Below are positions 8,620 through 16,161 of a stretch of DNA of 33,080 nucleotides, in pieces. The DNA lies in the IMG/VR virus record IMGVR_UViG_3300044564_000065, positions 1 to 33,080 of that record; one strand, 5' to 3'. Under the pieces are notes generated by a model. The model was given only the letters and a program-made list of their open reading frames with translations, was not told where the DNA came from and did no database searches. Position numbers and translations under genes: made by a program. Position 1 is the stretch's first letter. Every line of letters begins with the position of its first letter. The stretch comes from a virus. Lineage: Duplodnaviria > Caudoviricetes.

Positions 8620-8819
8620 ATAGCAGGTTCATGCGGGTGCATGACGAATTCGGCCAGGAGTACGTGATAAACGTCGACAGCGTCTCGTGGATAAGCGCCG
8701 ACACATGCAACGTCTGCATGTCCGGAACGCACTGCCAGGGGAACGGCATCTTGAGGCTCCGCCCAAAGGACATCCAGCGACTTCTGGTCATGACGGGGGT
8801 AGACCATGGCACCGACTAG
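8616..8819 (+). CDS. Hypothetical protein
   Basis: GGAGG RBS, overlap chain. Confidence 0.6.
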   Translation: MNSRFMRVHDEFGQEYVINVDSVSWISADTCNVCMSGTHCQGNGILRLRPKDIQRLLVMTGVDHGTD

Positions 8820-9009
8820 CAATGTTGGAGGGGCGCCGGTCCCGCTCTACGACAAGGACGGGGGCCTGGTCGGCATGTGGTGCGCCGAGACCGGACGCGC
8901 GATGCTCGGCGATGCGTTCTATGTCAAGGAGCAGCCACAGGACGCGATAAGGCTTGGGATGGTAGGCAATGACGGCTATAGGACGGTGAGCCTGAATGGC
9001 ACCGACTAG
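8806..9009 (+). CDS. Hypothetical protein
   Basis: Starts in ATGGCACCGACTAG overlap. Confidence 0.55.
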   Translation: MAPTSNVGGAPVPLYDKDGGLVGMWCAETGRAMLGDAFYVKEQPQDAIRLGMVGNDGYRTVSLNGTD

Positions 9010-9496
9010 CGACGAGCGCCGCGATGTGACGGCGAGGCTGACCGTCCTCGCCGCGAAGAGGATGGCGAACATGACGCCATACTGGGCGACCGAGGTCGAC
9101 CTGGACATGGGCAAGATGCACAGGGTCGACCTCATGGGCTTCGTCCCTCTTGGTTCGCCCACTGGCTCTGACGTGTCGCGCGTCGAGGGCGGCACGTTCG
9201 TCTGCTGCGAGGTCAAGAGCTGCATGGATGATTTCAACAGCGGCCACGGGTTGAACTTCTGGGGGGATCAGAACTGGCTCGTCTGCCCTAAAGCCCTCGC
9301 CGATGAGGTGCGCGGGAACCTTCCGCTGGGCGTCAAGCTCATGGTGCTCTGCCCCGACGCGGGCGGAAGGAGGCTCGTGATGAGGTACGACCTGAGCGGC
9401 CCCCATGCCCTGCATAGGACACAGCCAGCATCGGTGATGATGTTCGCACTGCTCAGGGCAATCAAGAACGGGAGGGGTGACGGCAATGCCGACTGA
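8996..9496 (+). CDS. PD-(D/E)XK nuclease-like protein (MmcB-like)
   Basis: ATEV..RVDLMG..CCEVKSCMDDF pattern. Confidence 0.6.
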   Translation: MAPTSDERRDVTARLTVLAAKRMANMTPYWATEVDLDMGKMHRVDLMGFVPLGSPTGSDVSRVEGGTFVCCEVKSCMDDFNSGHGLNFWGDQNWLVCPKALADEVRGNLPLGVKLMVLCPDAGGRRLVMRYDLSGPHALHRTQPASVMMFALLRAIKNGRGDGNAD

Positions 9497-9872
9497 TACG
9501 GAGCGCCGCGAGGTGGCGGCGATGCTGCGCAAGGAAGGACGTGCACTCACGGCAATTGACGTGGGCGCGGAACTTGCATCTCTCACCCTTGACGATGCAA
9601 TCGGCATCGAACACAACGTGACGTGGGAAGAGTGCTTCAATCGCCTCGCCGACCTCATCGACCCTTGCCCGAGCATGGCGGACGAGCAGATGGGCAAGCT
9701 GCGCAGGCGGTCGACGGCGCTGGCGAGCATGACGCGCATCGCGAGCGATATGAGCGGGTGGGCCGGGGAGCTCGCGGACTCATGCGAGCGCATGAGCAGG
9801 GCGAGAATCGCAGATGACGTCAGGCGGTTCGCCGACAGGATTCGACAGGAGGCCAGGGATGCACTCAACTGA
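9486..9872 (+). CDS. Hypothetical protein (ERREVA/RLADLIDP family)
   Basis: ATG 9486 after GGAGG; paralogous motifs shared with next gene. Confidence 0.6.
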   Translation: MPTDTERREVAAMLRKEGRALTAIDVGAELASLTLDDAIGIEHNVTWEECFNRLADLIDPCPSMADEQMGKLRRRSTALASMTRIASDMSGWAGELADSCERMSRARIADDVRRFADRIRQEARDALN

Positions 9873-10179
9873 CGAGCGCCGCGAGGTGGCGGCAACGCTC
9901 AGGGATGCAAAGCGAAAGTGTGACGGGCGCGGTTACCCGTGGATGACCGATGACCTAATCCTCGCCATTGGCTACGAGCACGACTACGAGGCAGACAACG
10001 GCATCTTCGACCGACTCGCCGACCTCATAGACCCGACGTGCGAGGTGGTGGACGTGGAGAAGGAGCCTGGCGGTTACCAGGGCACCGGACTCTGCTCCAA
10101 ATGCGGAGAATTGCTCCTTCCGGCTTTCGTGTTCTGCCCGCAGTGTGGCTCCCGCGTCACGAACGGGGGCGAGCGCTGA
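9859..10179 (+). CDS. Hypothetical protein with C-terminal zinc ribbon (ERREVA/RLADLIDP family)
   Basis: ATG 9859 after AGGAGG; CSKCG..FCPQCG. Confidence 0.65.
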   Translation: MHSTDERREVAATLRDAKRKCDGRGYPWMTDDLILAIGYEHDYEADNGIFDRLADLIDPTCEVVDVEKEPGGYQGTGLCSKCGELLLPAFVFCPQCGSRVTNGGER

Positions 10180-10391
10180 TGGCCGAGTACATCTTGGACA
10201 CGACGGACGGCATCTACAACGCCAGGACCACTGGGGAGCTGGTGCGCTGCCGTGACTGCACGCACCACCGGTGCGGCCGCTGCGACTGGCTGCTGATGGA
10301 CACCGGGGGCCGCACGCCAAAGCCGGCGCCCTTCAAGCCGGCGGCGGACGGATACTGCGCGTGGGCGAGGAGAAGGGACGACGAACGCTGA
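10179..10391 (+). CDS. Small Cys-rich phage protein
   Basis: ELVRCRDC..C..DGYCAW; TGATG overlap. Confidence 0.6.
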   Translation: MAEYILDTTDGIYNARTTGELVRCRDCTHHRCGRCDWLLMDTGGRTPKPAPFKPAADGYCAWARRRDDER

Positions 10392-10603
10392 TGGCCAAGG
10401 ACAGGAACAGGCGCGCGAGGATGCGCGGCAGCGCGCTGGATGACAGGCGGCGCATCGCGGCGGCGGCGGAGTTCCGGAGGACCATAAGGGCCGGGCGTAG
10501 GTTCGCAAAGGCGATGTGCGCCACGACGCAAAGCCTCATAGACGCGATGGCGAGGGGCGTCGACTACATCGACTGGCTCCTCGGATTGGACGGTTGGGAA
10601 TGA
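10391..10603 (+). CDS. Hypothetical basic protein
   Basis: TGATG overlap chain. Confidence 0.5.
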   Translation: MAKDRNRRARMRGSALDDRRRIAAAAEFRRTIRAGRRFAKAMCATTQSLIDAMARGVDYIDWLLGLDGWE

Positions 10604-10764
10604 CTGGCTGGGTGGTCTTCTTCGTCTGCGTCGCCGCTGTGGCCGTCTCCGTGGCCGCATGGCTCGCGGGCTACGCCGAGGGGATGGCGGACGGCACGCG
10701 GCTGCTGGCGGAGTGGTGCAGGGCGCACATCGACTGGGGCGACGGAGAGGACGGAAGCGAGTGA
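10600..10764 (+). CDS. Small membrane protein
   Basis: MTGWVVFFVCVAAVAVSVAAWLAG hydrophobic helix; overlap chain. Confidence 0.55.
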   Translation: MTGWVVFFVCVAAVAVSVAAWLAGYAEGMADGTRLLAEWCRAHIDWGDGEDGSE

Positions 10765-12119
10765 GCGCCAACGCCAGGCGCCCAAGGGTGTGGCGCAACG
10801 CCCGCGGAACGTGGTGCGCACAGGTGTACCTGGGCACGGCACCGGACGGCCGCAAGGTGCGGCCCTACCGCACGCTCCCAGACGCGGGCTCGGAGGAGGA
10901 GGCGCGCCGCCTGGCCGAGGAGTGGGTAGCAAGCCTCACGGCCGGGGGCGAGTCGGTGCGCAGCACGCTCGTCTCCGACCTGCTCGACGCCTACGTCGAG
11001 GACCGCGCCGCGAAGGACGTCGCGCCGAACACGGCGCGGCAGTGGAGGACTTTCGCACGCGCATACGTTGACCCGTACATAGGCGGGAGGATCGCGCAGG
11101 AGGTCACCGCGCACGACCTCTCGGCGCTCGAGTCGCGCCTGCTGGCACCCAGGGAGCGCGGCGGGCGCGGCCTCGCGCGCGGCACCGTGCGCGACGTGCA
11201 CACGTTCCTCTCGCTCGCCTTCGACAGGTGGGTCGGCATGGGCATATGCGAGTCCAACCCCATGCGGAGCGTAACGAAGCCCCGCGCGGACAGGCACGAG
11301 GCCGTGGCCGTGGATGAGTGGGACTTCGCGACGCTCGACGCCGCGCTCGCGGACAGGGTGCTCTCATCCCCCGGGGACGGCGGGGACGCCACGAGGTGGC
11401 TCTCCGCCTGGGCGGCGTGGCTCGCCCTCCACACCGGGATGCGCCTTGGCGAGACGTGCGCCGTGCGCAGGCGCGACGTTTCAAGGAGGCTCGGCCGGGT
11501 GCGCGTGTGCGGGAGCGTCTACGAGCCGGGGGGCGGCGCGGAGCCTGTTCGCGCCGACACCAAGGGCCGCAGGAGCCGGAGCGTCTCGCTCACCGAGCGC
11601 GAGCTCGACATGGTCGGCGAGGTCGTGCGGATGCAGGACTCGCGCGCCGGCCGTGCGCTTCCTCCGGACTCCCCGCTCGTCACGCTCGACGGCTCGATCG
11701 CGCGCCCGTCGACCGTCTCCCGGGGATTCTCGGCGATACGCGACGCCTGCGGGCTCCCGCGCGGCTGCACGTTCCACAGCCTGCGGCACACGCACGCGAC
11801 GTGGCTCCTGCTCTCCGGCGTGGACGTCAAGACCGTCTCCGAGCGTCTGGGGCACGCCGACGAGGCCATAACCCTGCGCGTGTACGCGCACGTGATGCCC
11901 GGGCGCGACCAGGCGGCCGCCGCCGCGTTCGAGCGCTTCGCGGACGAGGCGAGGGGCGGCGTCGACGGGTGCAAGCGGGGTGCAAGCGGGCGGGAGCCGC
12001 CGCCATCATCGGATGGCGCCATAGCCGCAGGTGGTGGCGCGCGTACGGGGCCTCATGGCTCCGCCCCCAGGCATAAAACAGGTAAGAATCCGACAGACGC
12101 GGGAAAGAGGGCAAAATGA
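10761..12119 (+). CDS. Second tyrosine integrase-family recombinase embedded in early operon
   Basis: GTG start overlapping upstream stop; arm-binding-like N-terminus, TGMRLGE, TKGR, FHSLRHTHAT, LGHAD, VYAH: complete R-K-H-R-H-Y set. Confidence 0.9.
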   Translation: MSANARRPRVWRNARGTWCAQVYLGTAPDGRKVRPYRTLPDAGSEEEARRLAEEWVASLTAGGESVRSTLVSDLLDAYVEDRAAKDVAPNTARQWRTFARAYVDPYIGGRIAQEVTAHDLSALESRLLAPRERGGRGLARGTVRDVHTFLSLAFDRWVGMGICESNPMRSVTKPRADRHEAVAVDEWDFATLDAALADRVLSSPGDGGDATRWLSAWAAWLALHTGMRLGETCAVRRRDVSRRLGRVRVCGSVYEPGGGAEPVRADTKGRRSRSVSLTERELDMVGEVVRMQDSRAGRALPPDSPLVTLDGSIARPSTVSRGFSAIRDACGLPRGCTFHSLRHTHATWLLLSGVDVKTVSERLGHADEAITLRVYAHVMPGRDQAAAAAFERFADEARGGVDGCKRGASGREPPPSSDGAIAAGGGARTGPHGSAPRHKTGKNPTDAGKRAK

Positions 12120-12514
12120 GCGAGGGAATCAACGCGGTCGCGCTCTCGGGGGCGCTCGGCGCGGACCCGGAGCTGAGGGCAACGACTGGCGGCACCGCGG
12201 TGCTCACGTTCTCCCTGGGCGTGGGCGAGCGAAGGCGAGGCGCGGACGGCCAGTGGACCGACGCGGTCAGCTGGATCGGCTGCACCGTGTTCGGTCGGCG
12301 CGCCGAGGCGCTCGGCCGCATCCTGCGCAAGGGGACGAGGGTCGCTCTCTCCGGGAAGCTGCGCGCCAGCTCCTGGGAGAGGGACGGCGTGCGCCACAAG
12401 CGCGTGGAGGTGGTCGCCGAGACGCTCGACATACTGTCCAGGCCGCAGGGGGACGTGCCGGCGGCCGGGCCCGCCGACGAGCCCGACATCTACTCCGAGG
12501 ACGTGCCCTTCTAG
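12116..12514 (+). CDS. ssb: Single-stranded DNA-binding protein
   Basis: OB fold (INAVALSGALGADPELR..WIGCTVFG..KGTRVALSGKL) and acidic DVPF tail. Confidence 0.93.
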   Translation: MSEGINAVALSGALGADPELRATTGGTAVLTFSLGVGERRRGADGQWTDAVSWIGCTVFGRRAEALGRILRKGTRVALSGKLRASSWERDGVRHKRVEVVAETLDILSRPQGDVPAAGPADEPDIYSEDVPF

Positions 12515-12529
12515 TCGTGGGAGGCAGAC

Positions 12530-13018
12530 GTGGTCGACCCGTACAAGTTCAACTCAGCCCGCGACCTCTTCGCGGCAGCGCGCGACGCGCGCGTCGAGGA
12601 GCGGCGCACGATGCGCACCATCGGAGAGATGCGGGCCCGCGAGGGCCTGCGCGCCAGGGCGTGCGGCGCGGGCGGCGGCAGGCAGCAGACCGACTCGATG
12701 CGCGCCACGGACCAGCGAATCGACTACGAGCGCGCGTGCCGGCGCAGGGTCGAGGAGGACCGGGCGCTCCTGGGCTTCGCTGAGCGCGTGCTCTTCGGCG
12801 ACGGCGGGGACGGCGGGCTGGCGAGCATCATGAGGGGCGCACCGTACGCGGACGTGCTCCACTGCTACTACTGCGAGGCCATGACATGGCAGGAGACGGC
12901 GCAGGCGCTCGGCATGAGCAGGAGGTGGTGCCAGGGCGCGGCATCGACCGCGCTCGAGACCATCGACCACGACGGGCTGTGGCGCGCCCTCGTGGGGGTA
13001 GGCCGCGCGGAGAGGTAG
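12530..13018 (+). CDS. Putative late transcriptional activator (ArpU/RinA-like, sigma region-4-like HTH)
   Basis: C-terminal YYCEAMTWQETAQALGMSRRW; last early gene before packaging module. Confidence 0.6.
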   Translation: MVDPYKFNSARDLFAAARDARVEERRTMRTIGEMRAREGLRARACGAGGGRQQTDSMRATDQRIDYERACRRRVEEDRALLGFAERVLFGDGGDGGLASIMRGAPYADVLHCYYCEAMTWQETAQALGMSRRWCQGAASTALETIDHDGLWRALVGVGRAER

Positions 13019-13027
13019 CCCACCCCG

Positions 13028-13097
13028 TGCGCGCCCGTGCGCGCGATTGCGCGGCAATGCGCACGATTGCGCGCGGTTGCGCGCCCGTGCGCGTTGA
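13028..13097. repeat. Seven TGCGC-headed 10-bp units in exact phase
   Basis: TGCGC at 13028, 13038, 13048, 13058, 13068, 13078, 13088. Confidence 0.85.
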
Positions 13098-13225
13098 TTT
13101 GTGGTTACATGGCAGCATCGACTCGGCGCGGCCGGGGGTTGGCCCCAGGGCCAGCCGGTCGCGATGGCGGGCCCCGGTGCGCACGGCGATGGCGCATCGG
13201 GGCCCGCCCATGCCTGGGGGGTGCG

Positions 13226-13441
13226 ATGGTCCCGCTACAGCAGATGGCCGACCTGGCCGCATGGCACGACACCACGGTGGCGTGGGCCTTCCGCCGCGCG
13301 CTGCTCGTGCGCGGGATCGTGGTGCGCCTGCCGCGCACGCGGCGCCACGCCCACGACCGCGACCGCGCGTGGGAGGTTTCGGAGGCGGAGCTGGCCGAGC
13401 TCATGGCCAACCGCGCCAGCCCCATGGACTGGCCGAGGTGA
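13226..13441 (+). CDS. Hypothetical protein
   Basis: ATG 13226 after GGGGGGTG; fills gap before next gene. Confidence 0.4.
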   Translation: MVPLQQMADLAAWHDTTVAWAFRRALLVRGIVVRLPRTRRHAHDRDRAWEVSEAELAELMANRASPMDWPR

Positions 13442-13445
13442 TTGC

Positions 13446-13685
13446 ATGGCATACACGCAACGCGACACCGACCGCTCCCGAGTCGCCGCCGTGCTCAACC
13501 TCCGTCTTGCCGGCAAATACATCTACTCGCACGCCGAGGACTTCGTCTCGCGCGCCGGCTCGGACGAGATGGTGCTAGAGGATGGCTTCGACCTCACCGT
13601 GCACGTCCGCATCGTGGACGAGCTGCCGACCATCACGGTGCGGCGCGAGGTCGTGCTCCCGCACGATGGGCGTGACGATGGCTAG
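13446..13685 (+). CDS. Hypothetical protein
   Basis: GAGGTG RBS, ATG 13446. Confidence 0.55.
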   Translation: MAYTQRDTDRSRVAAVLNLRLAGKYIYSHAEDFVSRAGSDEMVLEDGFDLTVHVRIVDELPTITVRREVVLPHDGRDDG

Positions 13686-13986
13686 GCCCTCGGTCCGCCG
13701 CGGCAGCGCGGCATGGCAGCGACTGCGCCGCATGGCCTTCGAGCGCGACCGCGCGCTCGACGCCCCGTGCTGGATCTGCGGCCGCAAGATCGACTACTCG
13801 CTCGGCCTGAGCAAGAGGAGCGGCACTCCCTGGGCGTACGAGCCCGACCACTACCTGGACGTGGCCCGGCACCCGGAGCTGGAGTACGAGCTAACCAACC
13901 TCAGGCCGGCACACTGCAAGTGCAACCGCTCGCGCGGCAAGCGAGCGGGAATCCACGAGCTAGGAAGCCCTTCCCGCGACTGGTAG
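13678..13986 (+). CDS. HNH endonuclease (terminase-associated)
   Basis: CWICG..PDH..NLRPAHCKCN; directly upstream of terminase. Confidence 0.88.
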   Translation: MARPSVRRGSAAWQRLRRMAFERDRALDAPCWICGRKIDYSLGLSKRSGTPWAYEPDHYLDVARHPELEYELTNLRPAHCKCNRSRGKRAGIHELGSPSRDW

Positions 13987-14144
13987 GGATGGGCGTTGGA
14001 ATCTTAAAGTTAACCTCATGCGCCAGAGTTTTTCCGGCCGCAATCATTTCCCCCCGGCGCGATTTCGTGACCGGGTGGTCTTGCGCCGGCGGCGCGAGTG
14101 AATGTAAAGTACCTTGCTTTTACACATGCGGGCGGTGATGTGCG

Positions 14145-14525
14145 ATGCCGGGCAAGCGCGGGAGCCCCGAGAGGCTCACCGAGATAGACAGGGCGCAGCG
14201 CATGCTGCGCGACCTCGGCGGGCTGGACGCTGCCACCGTCGACCTCGTGCGGCCGCTCGTGATAGAGGCCGCGTGGACCGAGCAGCGACTGGCTGACGCC
14301 CGGAGGCTGATAGGCGCATCGGACATCGTCGTGCCGTACGACAACGGGGGCGGCCAGGAGGGCCTGCGCCGCAACCCGGCGTACGACGGCTACAACGCCC
14401 TGGCCAAGACGTACGTGGCCTACCTCAAGCAGCTGGAGTCGATGACCGGCGAGGACGTTTCCGGGGACGGCGACGCGACGTCGCCGCTCGCCATGCAGAG
14501 GAGGGAGTCTCCGCTGGCACGCTAG
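14145..14525 (+). CDS. terS: Terminase small subunit (P27-like)
   Basis: YDNGGGQEGLRRNPAYDGYN motif; position. Confidence 0.8.
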   Translation: MPGKRGSPERLTEIDRAQRMLRDLGGLDAATVDLVRPLVIEAAWTEQRLADARRLIGASDIVVPYDNGGGQEGLRRNPAYDGYNALAKTYVAYLKQLESMTGEDVSGDGDATSPLAMQRRESPLAR

Positions 14526-14537
14526 GGAGGTGCGGGC

Positions 14538-16106
14538 ATGGCAGGGCTTGTCGGCAGCGAGGAGCCGCGCCTGTACACTCCACCGCTGCGCGAGCTGACC
14601 CCCGACACCTCGCTCGGCTTCGACGTCATCGACTTCGCCACGAACGTCCTCGGCATGCGCCTGCTCCCGTGGCAGCGCTGGCTGCTCGTGCACGCGCTCG
14701 AGATCGTGGGCGAGTTCGGAGGCGACTGGCACCTGCGGTTCGTCACCGTCCTTACGCTGGTCGCGCGGCAGAACGGCAAGACCGCGCTCATAGGCGTGGT
14801 CACGCTCTACTGGCTCTACATGCTCCGCGCCTCTCTCGTCATCGGCATGGCGCAGGACCTCTCGCGATCCAACGACACCTGGGACGCCGCAGTCGCGATG
14901 GTGGAGGACGTCCCAGCGCTGCGCGCCGAGGAGCGCGCGGCCAAGCACGGCAACTCCGGGCGCGACCTCGTGCTGTCGTGGCGTCGCCACTACGTCACCA
15001 AGCCGCCGACGCGCGGCGCCGGACGTGGCGGCAGCGCCCAGCTCGTCATCATGGACGAGATGCGCGAGCAGCAGTCCTGGGACGCCTGGGACGCGGTGTC
15101 CGACACCGTCCTCGCGCAGGAGCGCGGCCTCATCTGGTGCGCCTCGAACGCCGGGGACGCCCTATCGGTCGTGCTTCGCTCGAAGCGCTTCCAGGCGCTG
15201 CGGGCCATCGGGGACCCGGACGGCTGGTGCTCGGAGCAGAAGGACCTAGTCGCGCAGAACCTCCCGGCCGACGAGCAGCTCGGGCTCTTCGAGTGGAGCG
15301 CCGCCCCCGGCCGCGACGTGTGGGACCGCGAGGGGTGGCGCGAGGCCAACCCCTCGCTCGGGCACGGCTTCCTCACGGAGAGGAAGCTCCGCGCGTCGAT
15401 AGCCGGCAAGACGGAGGCAGGCGCGCGGACAGAGAACCTGTGCCAGTTCGTGGGGATGATGGCAAAGCCGCCCTTCCCGGACGGCGCGTGGGAGGCGGGC
15501 ACAGACCCTGCCAGCGAGATTGCACCTGACAGCCCGCTGTGGTGGTCCGTCGACGTGAGCGCCGACCGCATGCACTCGTGCATCGCGGTGTGCGGCCTGC
15601 GCGCCGACCGCACCTACCACGTCGAGGTCGTGGCGTACCGCCCCGGCCTCGCCTGGGTGACGGGGTGGCTCGCCGAGCGCGCCGACCCGTCGCGCCCGAT
15701 GCGCGTCGCGTACCAGGGCAAGGGGGCGCCGGTCACCTCGATGGCGGAGGTGTACGGGCAGGTCGACGCCGTCGAGCTCGTCCCCGTCTCCGGGCCTGAC
15801 GTGGCCGCGTACGCGGGCCGCTTCTGGGACGGCGTAGCGGCGCTCGACCCGGCGCGCTCCGGGGGGACCGGAAGCGACGCGGTGCCGGTGCGGCACAGGC
15901 CGCAGCCGGTGCTCGACCTCGCGGCCGCCGTGGCCAGGACGAGGACCGCAGGGGACGGCGCCTTCATGTGGGACCGCGCGGGGTCGACCGAGGACATATC
16001 TCCGCTCGTGGCCTGCTCGACAGCCTACGGACTCGCGACGGCGGTTGACAGGGACGAGCGGCCGGCGAAGAGCGCATACGAGGACGTCGGCCTCATGACC
16101 GTGTGA
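14538..16106 (+). CDS. terL: Terminase large subunit
   Basis: LLPWQ, Walker A VARQNGKT, Walker B VIMDEMRE, ANPSLG, nuclease DVS. Confidence 0.93.
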   Translation: MAGLVGSEEPRLYTPPLRELTPDTSLGFDVIDFATNVLGMRLLPWQRWLLVHALEIVGEFGGDWHLRFVTVLTLVARQNGKTALIGVVTLYWLYMLRASLVIGMAQDLSRSNDTWDAAVAMVEDVPALRAEERAAKHGNSGRDLVLSWRRHYVTKPPTRGAGRGGSAQLVIMDEMREQQSWDAWDAVSDTVLAQERGLIWCASNAGDALSVVLRSKRFQALRAIGDPDGWCSEQKDLVAQNLPADEQLGLFEWSAAPGRDVWDREGWREANPSLGHGFLTERKLRASIAGKTEAGARTENLCQFVGMMAKPPFPDGAWEAGTDPASEIAPDSPLWWSVDVSADRMHSCIAVCGLRADRTYHVEVVAYRPGLAWVTGWLAERADPSRPMRVAYQGKGAPVTSMAEVYGQVDAVELVPVSGPDVAAYAGRFWDGVAALDPARSGGTGSDAVPVRHRPQPVLDLAAAVARTRTAGDGAFMWDRAGSTEDISPLVACSTAYGLATAVDRDERPAKSAYEDVGLMTV

Positions 16107-16161
16107 CACATCGGCCCCGCCTGGGCGCGGGGCATCCTTTGATGCAGATTGGGGGCATCGG

